64,000 nt of DNA from NCBI GenBank assembly GCA_963828525.1, contig CAWHEP010000002.1:288001-352000 (forward strand). Reading direction: 5' to 3'. A model generated the notes under the pieces. The model made no database searches and was not told the DNA's origin. It saw only the letters and a program-made list of their open reading frames with translations. Shown here piece after piece: positions 51,339-60,782 of this stretch. Position 1 is the stretch's first letter. Every line of letters begins with the position of its first letter. Made by a program: the position numbers and the translations under genes. Source of the DNA: an uncultured Verrucomicrobiae bacterium. GTDB lineage: Bacteria; Verrucomicrobiota; Verrucomicrobiia; Chthoniobacterales; Chthoniobacteraceae.

Positions 51339-53249
51339 ATGAAAGCTTGCACATCCCCCCTGTTCGCGTTCCTCGTTTGCGTGGCGGCCCTCCCTACAGC
51401 GCCCGCCGGGTCGCAAACTCCTCCCGTCCTCCAAATCGACGCCAGCAGCGTGACTGCCCATGTAAGCCCGACTCTGTACGGACTCATGACGGAGGAGATT
51501 AACCATTCCTACGACGGCGGCCTGTACGGCGAATTGCTCCAGAATCGCATTTTCAAGGATGATCCCGTGGCCCCCGTCCATTGGACCCTCGTTCAGGATG
51601 CCGGAGCCGCCGGAGCCATCTCTCTCGACGACAATCAGCGCGCGAACGAAACTGCTCTCACCACTAGTCTGCGCGTCAAGATCGAACGCGCTTCGCCAGC
51701 CCAGCGAGTCGGTGTCGCGAACGACGGCTTCTGGGGTATCCCCATCCGCCCCGAGACTCGTTACCGCGCCTCCTTTTACGCCAAAGCCGATGGCTTCGCC
51801 GGTCCCCTCACCGTCGCTATCGAATCCGCCGATGGAACCGCCGTCCACGCCACCGCGCAGGTCCCGGCGCTCTCTTCCGCCTGGAAGCAATACACAGTCA
51901 GCCTGGTCACCGGAAAGATGTCCGCTTCGGCGAATAACCGTTTCGTCATTTCTGCCAACACTCCCGGCACGATCTGGCTCAACCTCGTTTCACTCTTCCC
52001 GCCCACTTTTAAAGACCGCCCAAACGGCAACCGCCCCGATCTCATGCAACTCCTCGCGGACATGAAACCGGCCTTCCTCCGCCTGCCCGGTGGAAATTAC
52101 CTCGAAGGAGATACCGTCCCCACGCGTTTCGATTGGAAGAAGACCATCCACGATCTCGCCGACCGCCCCGGACACCAGGGGCCGTGGCGCTACCGTTCCA
52201 GCGATGGACTTGGCCTCCTCGAATTCCTGGAATGGTGCGAAGACATCGATGTCCAGCCAGTCCTCGCCGTCTATGCGGGCTTTTCGATGAAGCAACCGCC
52301 TGTGACATGCGGCCCCGCGATGCAGCCCTACGTTCAGGACGCCTTGGACGAACTGGAATACGCCACGTCGGATCAACGCGCCACATGGGGAGCCGAACGA
52401 GCCAAAGATGGCCATCCCGCCCCCTTCAAAATCACCTATGTGGAAATTGGCAACGAAGACGCCTATGACAAATCTCACAGCTACGATGCCCGCTTCACCC
52501 AATTCTTCGACGCCATAAAGGCGAAATATCCGAAATTGCAGGTCATCGCCACCGCCCACGTCAGGACTAGAACACCCGATCTTTACGACGAGCATTATTA
52601 CCGCTCCGCGCAACGCTTCGAGAACGACGTCCACCACTACGATAAATACAGCCGCACAGGCCCCAAGGTCTTTGTCGGGGAATGGGCCACAATGGAAGGG
52701 TCACCCACCCCGAACATGAACGCCGCTCTCAGCGATGCCGCTTGGATGACCGGCATGGAGCGCAATTCAGACGTCGTCGTGCTCGAATCCTACGCGCCTC
52801 TGTTCGTTAATGTGAACCCCGGTGGTTACCGTTGGAAAACCAACCTCATCGGCTACGACGCCACCACCAGTTTTGGCTCCCCTTCATACTACGCGCAAAA
52901 GATCTTCAGCCTCAACCATGGCGACACTGTTCTTAAAACGACGATGGCAGACCTTCCCGGCTTCTTCCATTGTGTCACTCGGGACAGCAGCCAGGGAACA
53001 ATCTACCTCAAAGCGGTAAACACCTCCGCAGCGCCTCAGCAAATCTCCATCTCCATTCAGGGCGTCACCAGCGTCGCCTCGGATGCCTCCATGGTCCTGC
53101 TTTCGGCGACTGGCCCGGCGGACACAAACTCCATCACCGAGCCCGTCAAGGTCGTGCCTGTCACGTCAAACATCAGCGGACTATCGGCCAACTTTCCTCA
53201 CATCTTCCCGCCTTACTCCATCACGATCCTGAAGCTGGCCGCGAAATAG
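51339..53249 (+). CDS. Secreted alpha-L-arabinofuranosidase (GH51)
   Basis: EEINHS.DGGLY.ELL.NR, FLRLPGGNY.EG, VEIGNED, DEHYY, VFVGEWA, SYAPLF. Confidence 0.92.
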   Translation: MKACTSPLFAFLVCVAALPTAPAGSQTPPVLQIDASSVTAHVSPTLYGLMTEEINHSYDGGLYGELLQNRIFKDDPVAPVHWTLVQDAGAAGAISLDDNQRANETALTTSLRVKIERASPAQRVGVANDGFWGIPIRPETRYRASFYAKADGFAGPLTVAIESADGTAVHATAQVPALSSAWKQYTVSLVTGKMSASANNRFVISANTPGTIWLNLVSLFPPTFKDRPNGNRPDLMQLLADMKPAFLRLPGGNYLEGDTVPTRFDWKKTIHDLADRPGHQGPWRYRSSDGLGLLEFLEWCEDIDVQPVLAVYAGFSMKQPPVTCGPAMQPYVQDALDELEYATSDQRATWGAERAKDGHPAPFKITYVEIGNEDAYDKSHSYDARFTQFFDAIKAKYPKLQVIATAHVRTRTPDLYDEHYYRSAQRFENDVHHYDKYSRTGPKVFVGEWATMEGSPTPNMNAALSDAAWMTGMERNSDVVVLESYAPLFVNVNPGGYRWKTNLIGYDATTSFGSPSYYAQKIFSLNHGDTVLKTTMADLPGFFHCVTRDSSQGTIYLKAVNTSAAPQQISISIQGVTSVASDASMVLLSATGPADTNSITEPVKVVPVTSNISGLSANFPHIFPPYSITILKLAAK

Positions 53250-53262
53250 ACGCCCTGTCGTC

Positions 53263-55395
53263 CTACTTCTTCCTTGCGATCTTCTCCGCGCGGCTCAGCG
53301 CGATCAGGTCATGCAGGATGTTCAGCGATTCATCTTTCGCCGGGTCGACAGTGGGGGCCTTCGGCTCGTCCGTTTCGCGCGCGGGTTCTCCGTTCAGCGG
53401 AGCCAGGCTGTTCTCCGTGACGAACTCCGCTCGCTCCGGGTGCTTCCTGGGAGTTTCCAGCGTGATGAAGCACACCTTCTCCGAAGCCTGGCCTGCCGCG
53501 CGCCGTTCCGATGCCCTCTGCGCATCGCGCTGCTTGTCAGAAGCCATCTCGGCTCGGCGGGTTCGCTCATTCAGCGAAAGTCGATTCTCCGATAGCCTCG
53601 TCCGGTCGCGGGCCAGGTCTTCCCTCACGAAGCCGAATTCCTGGCTCGTCTCCACACGCGCCGCCGATCTTCCTCGAAGCTCAGAGAGAAACAGCGAATG
53701 TTCATGGTCCCTCTGAAAAACAGCGGGTTGTATCTCATCGTACGGCAAAGGATCTTTCTCCGCGATCTCTCCAGAGTTCGGCAAATCGTCAGCCGTCGGC
53801 AGGCTGATGTCTGGAGCCACGCCGCGCAGTTGGGGAGACCCGCCGGCAACCCGGTAATATTTGGCAATCGTGAGTTGCAAAGCGCCTGTCTGGCTCTTGT
53901 CCTTGGCCTTCGCCCTTATGAAATCTGACAGGTTGAGAACCGTCTGCACCGTTCCTTTTCCAAACGTCCGCTCGCCCCCCACGATGACTGCCCGCCCGTA
54001 ATCCTGCATCGTCGAAGCCAGAATCTCCGCCGCGGATGCCGTCATCCGGTCCGTGAGAACCACCATCGGCCCGTCAAAGAGCGCCGCTCCATGCGCTTCC
54101 GCCACTTCCATCTTCCCGTCTCCACTCTTCACCTGCACCACAGGCCCTTTGCCCACGAACAGGCCGCTCAAGCTCACAGCCTCATCCAGCAATCCCCCTC
54201 CGTTGCCGCGCAGATCGAGCACCAACCCGGCCACTTTTTCCTGATTCAGCCTCGTCAGTAGCCTCCGCGCGTCACGCGTGACGCTTTTGTTCCGTTTCAC
54301 CGCCGGATCCTCATCCCCGTACACGGATGGCAGCGCGAGCCAGCCCAGACGCTCCATTCCACCTCCGCTCTCTCGCTCCACCACCTCCGCCTTTGCCTCA
54401 TCCTCCTTTAACTTGATCTCCCGCCGCGCGATCTCCACCACTCGCCGCTCCGAAGGGTCGTTCACATGCTCCGGCATCAGCTTCAGTCGCACCGTGCTGC
54501 CCGCTTTCCCCCGGATCATGTCCAGCACCCGGTCGAGGCGCATCCCGTTCACATCCACAAACGGCCCATCCCCCTGCGCGATCCCGATGATTCGGTCATT
54601 CAACCTTATCCTCCCATTACTCCGCGCGGGACTTCCCGGCAGCAAATCCACGATCTTCGTAAACCCGTCCTCCGAAGAAAGCACAGCGCCGATCCCCACC
54701 ATTGAAAGGCTCATATCGCTGTTCAGATCCTCCAAATCCTCCTTGGTTAGATAATCCGAGTGCGGATCAAAACTCTGCGCCAGCGCCGAGAGAAACATCG
54801 CCAGTGTCTCCTTCCGGCTCTGCTCCCGGGCGTCCCTTAGCGCTTCATCGCAGCGCTTCTCCACCGTCTCCCGCGCCCCCTTTTCGTGTCCCGACAGCTT
54901 CTCATCGAGCATCTCTCCTTCCAGTCGATCATGCCACAGCGCGTCAGCCTCCGCCGCGTCCGCCGGCCACGGACTCTTTGCCCGGCTTTGTTCCACCGAC
55001 CGCCCGCTCTGAAAATCGAAGTCCTCTTTTAGAATCTCCCGCGCCTTGCCGATCCGCTCCTCTGCTCGATGCTTGTACAGGTCGAATATCCTGAACACCG
55101 GATCCAGATTGCCGCTCAGCACATCGCTCGACAACGCCGGCCCATGCAGCGCCTCCAGCACATCCACATCCTTCTGCGTGAAATACAGATGGTCATAATC
55201 CAGCGACTCCAGGTAGTTCCGCAAAGCCCGCCTCGAAAGGCCTTCCTCCATCTTCTGCCCGCTGTAATGCCCGTCCTGCAGCAACTGCCCCACCGCGCTC
55301 GCCACCTGCCCAGGCGTCACCTCGCGAGCCACCGCCCCCGTCACGCTCAAGACGAGAACGCTGCTGTAGAGGGCAAGGAAACGAATCGCTTTCAC
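53263..55395 (-). CDS. prc: Second Prc/Tsp-type tail-specific protease
   Basis: FDPHSDY, GIGAVL, LDLRGNGGG.L, TASAAEI, TFGKGTVQ. Confidence 0.88.
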   Translation of the reverse strand: MKAIRFLALYSSVLVLSVTGAVAREVTPGQVASAVGQLLQDGHYSGQKMEEGLSRRALRNYLESLDYDHLYFTQKDVDVLEALHGPALSSDVLSGNLDPVFRIFDLYKHRAEERIGKAREILKEDFDFQSGRSVEQSRAKSPWPADAAEADALWHDRLEGEMLDEKLSGHEKGARETVEKRCDEALRDAREQSRKETLAMFLSALAQSFDPHSDYLTKEDLEDLNSDMSLSMVGIGAVLSSEDGFTKIVDLLPGSPARSNGRIRLNDRIIGIAQGDGPFVDVNGMRLDRVLDMIRGKAGSTVRLKLMPEHVNDPSERRVVEIARREIKLKEDEAKAEVVERESGGGMERLGWLALPSVYGDEDPAVKRNKSVTRDARRLLTRLNQEKVAGLVLDLRGNGGGLLDEAVSLSGLFVGKGPVVQVKSGDGKMEVAEAHGAALFDGPMVVLTDRMTASAAEILASTMQDYGRAVIVGGERTFGKGTVQTVLNLSDFIRAKAKDKSQTGALQLTIAKYYRVAGGSPQLRGVAPDISLPTADDLPNSGEIAEKDPLPYDEIQPAVFQRDHEHSLFLSELRGRSAARVETSQEFGFVREDLARDRTRLSENRLSLNERTRRAEMASDKQRDAQRASERRAAGQASEKVCFITLETPRKHPERAEFVTENSLAPLNGEPARETDEPKAPTVDPAKDESLNILHDLIALSRAEKIARKK

Positions 55396-55471
55396 AGGCA
55401 AAAGGTGCCCGAGGATATCACAACCTCACCCCGCTGACAATCCACGCCACTCCGCTCAGTTGGCAAAAATT

Positions 55472-55498
55472 GGTAGGGGCGCCTCGCCGAGGTCTCCG
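55472..55498 (+). repeat. REP-like hairpin, family B with GTAG foot
   Basis: GGTAGGGGCGCCTCGCCGAGGTCTCCG; related copies near 261, 3800, 6663 and 60555. Confidence 0.7.
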
Positions 55499-55571
55499 CA
55501 ATCTCTCCACGCGCCGCAACTAACCCGCGCGGTGCAAACTTCCCCGGATCCCTTTGGAAAGCGGGTGCTGT

Positions 55572-56264
55572 TTAGGGGGCTAAGGCGGGGGCGGGGAGTT
55601 CTTTGTAGCCTGACGGGATTTGGAAGTCGTTGGGATCTACGGTTGTGAAGTGGGCGGAGACGAGGGTGGTGACGGTGTGCTGGCCGTTCAGGTCCACCTC
55701 GGTCCGGATGGGGAGGCCGGGGAAATCTTTCGGGCCGGGTGCGAGGTCGGCGGTGACTCCCGCCAAGCCCGCTTGCTGGAATCTCGCGAGCTGGTTGAGG
55801 ATTCGCGCGCCGTCCGGGTACACTTTTGCGATCCAGTAGCTCATCTTGACGCTGCCCAGGTCGCTTTGAAATTCCTCGGCATCGTAGCCATTTATGCGGG
55901 CTTTCCGTCCGGTGGACTTGAGTTTCGGGCCGGCAGGCTGCGGTTTGGCGATGGTTTGTCCCTGCTGAACAAGGGCGCGCGTCGTGCCCGCCGGAATCTT
56001 CATGAAGCTGCGGAGCTCGTGTGACAGGCTGATGACGTCCCCGGTGTCCATATCGGTGATCATGCTGATCTGCGCGGAGACGTCGGCTCTGGCTTTGCTG
56101 CCTTTTATCTTCATTGTCATGTCGCCCGAGCGTCCAATAGTTTCGACCTTCTCGAGTATGATGAGATCGCTTCCGGCAGGTGACGGCGAAATCTCCGGTG
56201 AGGCAGCCAGGAGCCGCAGTTGAGCGCACAGGACGACACACAGACCGATCGAATTCCGCCACAT
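55572..56264 (-). CDS. DUF4412-like secreted protein
   Basis: Signal peptide; K.TG....INGY.AEE, PGLPIRTE, F.IP.GY. Confidence 0.75.
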   Translation of the reverse strand: MWRNSIGLCVVLCAQLRLLAASPEISPSPAGSDLIILEKVETIGRSGDMTMKIKGSKARADVSAQISMITDMDTGDVISLSHELRSFMKIPAGTTRALVQQGQTIAKPQPAGPKLKSTGRKARINGYDAEEFQSDLGSVKMSYWIAKVYPDGARILNQLARFQQAGLAGVTADLAPGPKDFPGLPIRTEVDLNGQHTVTTLVSAHFTTVDPNDFQIPSGYKELPAPALAP

Positions 56265-56265
56265 G

Positions 56266-56850
56266 TCAGACAGTGGGCCGCAGCTTCATGAGGCGCATCA
56301 ACTCGCGATTTTCACGTCCGGGGTAGGTGGAGGCGGGCGCCCATTCCTGTTCAATGGAGAAGGCGGGGAGGAAGAGTTGGTCGAGCTCGCTTGAGGATAC
56401 GCCGAAGGGAGGGCCCTCCTCATCGGAGCCAGGATATAGATAGAAGACCGCGAGCAGATGACCGCGCGGCTTGAGAGTGGCCGCGACAGCAGTGACGTAG
56501 TCCAGGCGAGCAGAGGGATCGATGGCGCAGAAGCAGGTGTGCTCCCAGACCAAGTTGAAGCGCTCGCGCCAGTGTTCAGGGAGTGAGAAGAGGTCCGCCT
56601 GCTCGTAAACTTCTACGCCTGCCATCGGGAATGATCTGGCGAGCTGAATCGCCGAAGGAGCGATATCGATGCCTGTGACGTCCGCGCCTTGACCGGCGAA
56701 AGCCCGGACATCGTGTCCTGCTCCGCACCCCACCACCAGCACGGGGCCCGCGATGGGATTGTCTTGCAGATACGCCGCGAGAGCGGGATGCGGCGCGTCC
56801 TTATCCCAAGGCGTGTCCCCCTTTTTGTATCTCTGTTCCCAGTCAACCAT
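56266..56850 (-). CDS. TPMT-like SAM-dependent methyltransferase
   Basis: W..RY..G.TPWD, VLV.GCG.GHD, EHTCFCAI.P, GPPFG. Confidence 0.88.
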   Translation of the reverse strand: MVDWEQRYKKGDTPWDKDAPHPALAAYLQDNPIAGPVLVVGCGAGHDVRAFAGQGADVTGIDIAPSAIQLARSFPMAGVEVYEQADLFSLPEHWRERFNLVWEHTCFCAIDPSARLDYVTAVAATLKPRGHLLAVFYLYPGSDEEGPPFGVSSSELDQLFLPAFSIEQEWAPASTYPGRENRELMRLMKLRPTV

Positions 56851-56993
56851 TTATGGACGGAGAGATTCTGTCGTTCGGGTTTTCATTTTTCGGGTGTATG
56901 CCGGTCTCAAGTTCGCCGCAACATGACCCTTTCCTATTTTTCGGCAGGTTCTAAGGTCTGCATTGTGCATGGAAGCGTAATCGATCAGGTCTG

Positions 56994-58748
56994 ATGAAAA
57001 AAGCTGTTGTCGTTTCGGCCGTTGTCGTGGTGTGCCTGGCAGCCTGCTTCCTCTTGAGGCGCCACGCCGCTTCCGAAGCGGAGGGGTCGAGGCTTGTGCC
57101 CGGCGAGACGGTGTTCTTTGTGGACGCGCCTGACATTCCTCGCGCGTGCGAGCGCTGGAAACAAACGTCTCTTTACAAGCTCTGGCAGGAGCCGGAGGCG
57201 CAAGCGTTCCTGGCGCGTCCACTTTCTAAACTGCCGCAAACGTTCGCCGAGGACAGCCTCAACCAGATCAGCGCGGCGCAACCGAGCGAAGCATTTTTCG
57301 CGGTGACATCCGCCACGGAGGAGATACCGAAGTTTGTAGGAGGACTGAAGTTTGCAGGGAAAAAGGAGGCACTGGACGGGCTGCTGGCTCAAGCGCGATC
57401 TCAAGCGCGCGCGATGTGGCCGGCAGGGAAAGCTGACTTGGAGAACTATGAGTCGGTGGCGATTGAGACATTCGCGGCGGACAAGCTGGTCCTGGCGGTC
57501 GCTTACGACAAGGGCTGGTATTTCGTTTCCGACGATCTCGGGCTTCTGAAGGCAACGCTGGATCGGACACATGGCAAAGCGGGGCTGGGCGAACCGCTTG
57601 CAAACGGAGCGAACTTCAAGAAGTGCATGGATCGGCAGCCGGGCGAAACAGACATGCTGCTTTTCGGTGAGTTGGAGACGATCACGGACAGGATTCTTTC
57701 CCTCCTCGCCGCCGCCGGAAAGGAAGTGCCGCGAGATCAAGCGGAGAAGATCAAGGGCGTCCACGCCGTGGCGTTCACCACGAAGCTGGAGGGCGAGAAC
57801 ATACGGGACACGGCTTTCGTGCTCGCGCCGGGAATGGGCGGGAAGCCGCGGCTCGAGAGGAAGTCGCTACAGTTAACCTCGACGAACACGCTGTTTTATT
57901 ACGCGGGATCATTGCCCGGGGAGTTCGCGCTGCCGGACGCCGGGATCGACCCGACGGGAATCCTCCGCGTGGTTGTGGCGGCCCGGGATGCGCTCAGTGG
58001 AAAAGGGTTCGGGGTTCAACAGTTCAGGGAAGCGTTTGGAACCGAGTATGGGATGCGGCTCGACTGGGCGGCGTCCGCGATGCAGCCATCGATCCTCGTG
58101 TCGATGGACGTCAAAGAAGAAGGCAAAGCGCGGCAGTTCGCGGAGGCGGTGGCGGGCGGACCTGGCTGGGCTCACCAGACGCTCGCGGGGACGCCGTATT
58201 ATGTGATGAACGCGTCTGGCATCCCGATGGTGGCTCCAGCGCTGGCTTTAAACAGCCGGTATCTTGTGGCGGGCCTTGCGTTTGAGGACGTGAAGGGATC
58301 GATGGACGCCCTCAGCGCTCGGGCGCCGACGCTGGAGACAAGCGACGCGTATAAGGCGGCGACCAGCCTGGTTTCGGATAAAGCGACCGAATTTGGCTTC
58401 TGCGATGGCAAGAAGGCGTGCGAGCGGATTTATGGGAATCTGAGAAGCGTGGCGATCTTGTGGGGGAGTTTTACGCCGAAGGTAACGGAGTATATCGAGC
58501 CTGGAAAGTTGCCAGCCACGGAAACGTTAATGCGCCACATGGGGCCGATCGTCTTCTCGGAATCGGACGCGCCGGATGGGACGCTGATGGAATCGGCGGG
58601 GCCGATCACTTTTAGCCAGGTGGCTCTGGGGACGGTGGTCCTTGGCGGAGTCGCCGCGGTCGACTGGGCGAAGAATCAGATGTTTGGACAGCCCGGGGCT
58701 CCGGCGATTTCTCTGCCCTCAGCTTCGCCTGTACCGGGCGGGCATTGA
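56994..58748 (+). CDS. Large exported hypothetical protein (DUF3352-like)
   Basis: N-terminal anchor, LVP.ET.FF motif, 584-aa ORF. Confidence 0.6.
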   Translation: MKKAVVVSAVVVVCLAACFLLRRHAASEAEGSRLVPGETVFFVDAPDIPRACERWKQTSLYKLWQEPEAQAFLARPLSKLPQTFAEDSLNQISAAQPSEAFFAVTSATEEIPKFVGGLKFAGKKEALDGLLAQARSQARAMWPAGKADLENYESVAIETFAADKLVLAVAYDKGWYFVSDDLGLLKATLDRTHGKAGLGEPLANGANFKKCMDRQPGETDMLLFGELETITDRILSLLAAAGKEVPRDQAEKIKGVHAVAFTTKLEGENIRDTAFVLAPGMGGKPRLERKSLQLTSTNTLFYYAGSLPGEFALPDAGIDPTGILRVVVAARDALSGKGFGVQQFREAFGTEYGMRLDWAASAMQPSILVSMDVKEEGKARQFAEAVAGGPGWAHQTLAGTPYYVMNASGIPMVAPALALNSRYLVAGLAFEDVKGSMDALSARAPTLETSDAYKAATSLVSDKATEFGFCDGKKACERIYGNLRSVAILWGSFTPKVTEYIEPGKLPATETLMRHMGPIVFSESDAPDGTLMESAGPITFSQVALGTVVLGGVAAVDWAKNQMFGQPGAPAISLPSASPVPGGH

Positions 58749-58824
58749 AGGGAGCGCAGTCCGCGTTACTTTGGGGGTGGATGCGCGGCTTGCTTTGGGC
58801 GCTTCAGCGAGGCGTGACGCGATG

Positions 58825-59850
58825 TCAGGCGCTCATTTTGGCCCATCGCAACTTTGCGGACGCCGAGCGAGGGTTTTGGTTACGCTCAAGGAGGGAGGGC
58901 CTGATGACCTCTTGCGCCACAGCGGAATAGACGTGATCGCGAAAACCTGACTGTAAGGCTTTTTTCACGCGGCGGTCTTCTCCGGAGTGGAAACTCAGAA
59001 TGGCTATCCTGCCGCCCGGTTTCAGGCAAGCTGGGGCGCTGCGCAAGAGCATATCGAGCGCGGAAAACTCTTCGTTGACGGCGATCCGAAGGGCTTGAAA
59101 AACACGGCGGATAGAGATCTCTCTCTCCTCCTGGCGGAAACGCGAAAGAGGGTGGAGCAGAGCCTTTGCGAGAGCGCTGGTTGTTTGGAAAAGACCGCCA
59201 GCGATCGCCTGAGAGATCGCCCGGGCGTGAGGCTCGTCGGAATTCTCCCGGAGGACCGCTTCCAGTTCGTCCGCAGTAATATTTGCGAGAAGGCTCGACG
59301 CGGGCAGGCCGCGTTCCGGGTTCATCCGCATATCCAGGGGGCCATCGAGCTTCATGGAGAAACCGCGAGTGGGGTCGTCGAGTTGCATGGAAGAAACGCC
59401 GAGGTCAGCCAGAATGATATCGACGGCATCCAGACCTTCCGCGGCGATGGCTTTCGCGATGCCGGCAAAGTTGCTCCGGCGCGCCCGGAAAGCGGTGGGG
59501 CCGAAGCCGAGTTCGACAAGGCGGGCCGTGGTCTTTGGGAGTTCAATGGGATCGACATCGAGGCCGATCAACGTTCCACCAGGCTGCAGACGGGCAAGCA
59601 ACTCGCGAGCGTGGCCACCGAAGCCGAGGGTGGCATCCACCGCGGTCTCCCCCGGTTTGGGGGCAAGCGCTTCAAGCACCTCGGCAACCATGATCGGTCG
59701 GTGCGCGCCAGCGGGAGTTTTGCCGGAGGCGAGCACTTTTGCGATTGTCTCGGGGTTCTGGTCGTGCTCCTTATATTTGTGGGCGAATTTGCGAGGGTTT
59801 TTCCCGGAGTATCTCTCGCGGCGGCGATGAGGCGCGGGAGGTTCGTTCAC
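58825..59850 (-). CDS. rsmH: 16S rRNA m4C1402 methyltransferase with N-terminal extension
   Basis: H.PIMV.EV, DATLGFGGH, DLGVSSMQLD...RGFS...DGPLDMRM, FQALRIAVN.E, SFHS.EDR.VK, NPRS.SAKLR. Confidence 0.93.
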   Translation of the reverse strand: MNEPPAPHRRRERYSGKNPRKFAHKYKEHDQNPETIAKVLASGKTPAGAHRPIMVAEVLEALAPKPGETAVDATLGFGGHARELLARLQPGGTLIGLDVDPIELPKTTARLVELGFGPTAFRARRSNFAGIAKAIAAEGLDAVDIILADLGVSSMQLDDPTRGFSMKLDGPLDMRMNPERGLPASSLLANITADELEAVLRENSDEPHARAISQAIAGGLFQTTSALAKALLHPLSRFRQEEREISIRRVFQALRIAVNEEFSALDMLLRSAPACLKPGGRIAILSFHSGEDRRVKKALQSGFRDHVYSAVAQEVIRPSLLERNQNPRSASAKLRWAKMSA

Positions 59851-60025
59851 GGGGTAAAAAAAAATGCCGGCAGTCCTTACATTGCGAGCTGGTAGTGGGC
59901 CAAGTCGCGGTCCTGCCGACAGGTAGGGTTTGGACAGGTCGAGTCCGAAGTCAATCCTTCTTAAGACCCGTTTGAAGTCCGGCGATGGGATTGACGACTG
60001 GCGCTTAAATCTTAACATTCGCGCC

Positions 60026-60482
60026 ATGCCCTCTTCCACTTCCAAGCGCGCAGCTCAGCTTGAGAATGCATTGAATCCTGCGCGAAAATCATGGCCGCGT
60101 CACCGGGCCGCGCCGGGCGATCCTTTCCCTTCTAACGCGAGAGCATGGGCCTTTCACGGTCGAAGAGATCCATAGAAAAATGAAGGGCGAAGGCGATGTG
60201 GTGACGGTCTACCGTTCGCTGGCGGTGATGGAGGAAATCAACCTCGTGCGGCGCTGCGATTTTGGAGACGGAACATACCGCTATGAGTTCAATACCGGCG
60301 CGCATCACCACCATCACATTGTGTGCCGAGTCTGCCGCAGCGTCCGGACGCTAGAGCTTTGTGTCGTGGATGGCCTTGAACGCATGGCGCGCCAGCTTGG
60401 CTACGCGAACGTCGCTCACACGCTGGAGATATTCGGAGTCTGCGTGAACTGCCAAAAGACGGCCCGCCAGGCGATGCCTTGA
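60026..60482 (+). CDS. Fur family regulator (Zur-like), indel(s) in the 5' part
   Basis: D.VTVYR.L, HHHHHIVCRVC and FGVCVNC; ATG 60026 lies in a different frame. Confidence 0.85.
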
Positions 60483-60554
60483 TTGCGGTGTCGGTGGCGG
60501 TTTGTTGTAACGCCCCGCTTTACGAACTCCGGGGGTGAATTCGATGGGGGTTTC

Positions 60555-60628
60555 CGGATGCCTCGGCGAGGAAAGACGAAGTGCAACTTTGGGGATACTG
60601 GCATTACCAAGTGCAACTTGGTAACGAG
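60555..60628 (-). repeat. Composite REP-like element (family A on the minus strand plus partial family B)
   Basis: CGGATGCCTCGGCGAGG, CGAAGTGCAACTTTG, CATTACCAAGTGCAACTTGGTAACGAG. Confidence 0.8.
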
Positions 60629-60700
60629 GGAGGGAAGAGCGATTGGGTTGCATTTACAGGTATGGACAGGGTTAACTGCGCAGGGTCACACAAATTGTTG

Positions 60701-60717
60701 TTGCAACTGGATTGCAA
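60701..60717. promoter_or_regulatory. Candidate Fur/Zur-family box
   Basis: Palindrome TTGCAA-CTGGA-TTGCAA between the fur-family gene and the TonB receptor. Confidence 0.65.
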
Positions 60718-60782
60718 TATACTATTTCTGCTTATCGCAACTCGGTGGCATCTATAGCGAAAATATCTGAACTCATCCCATT

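Noticed and set aside
51330..51346. Second sigma54 promoter (TTGGCACG) before the GH51 gene
   Set aside because: GG-to-GC spacing is 11 rather than 10, and the site overlaps the start codon.
4258..60628. CRISPR array from the recurring GTTGCAC-containing repeats
   Set aside because: Copies are dispersed over tens of kb, not regularly spaced with unique spacers, and no cas genes are present.
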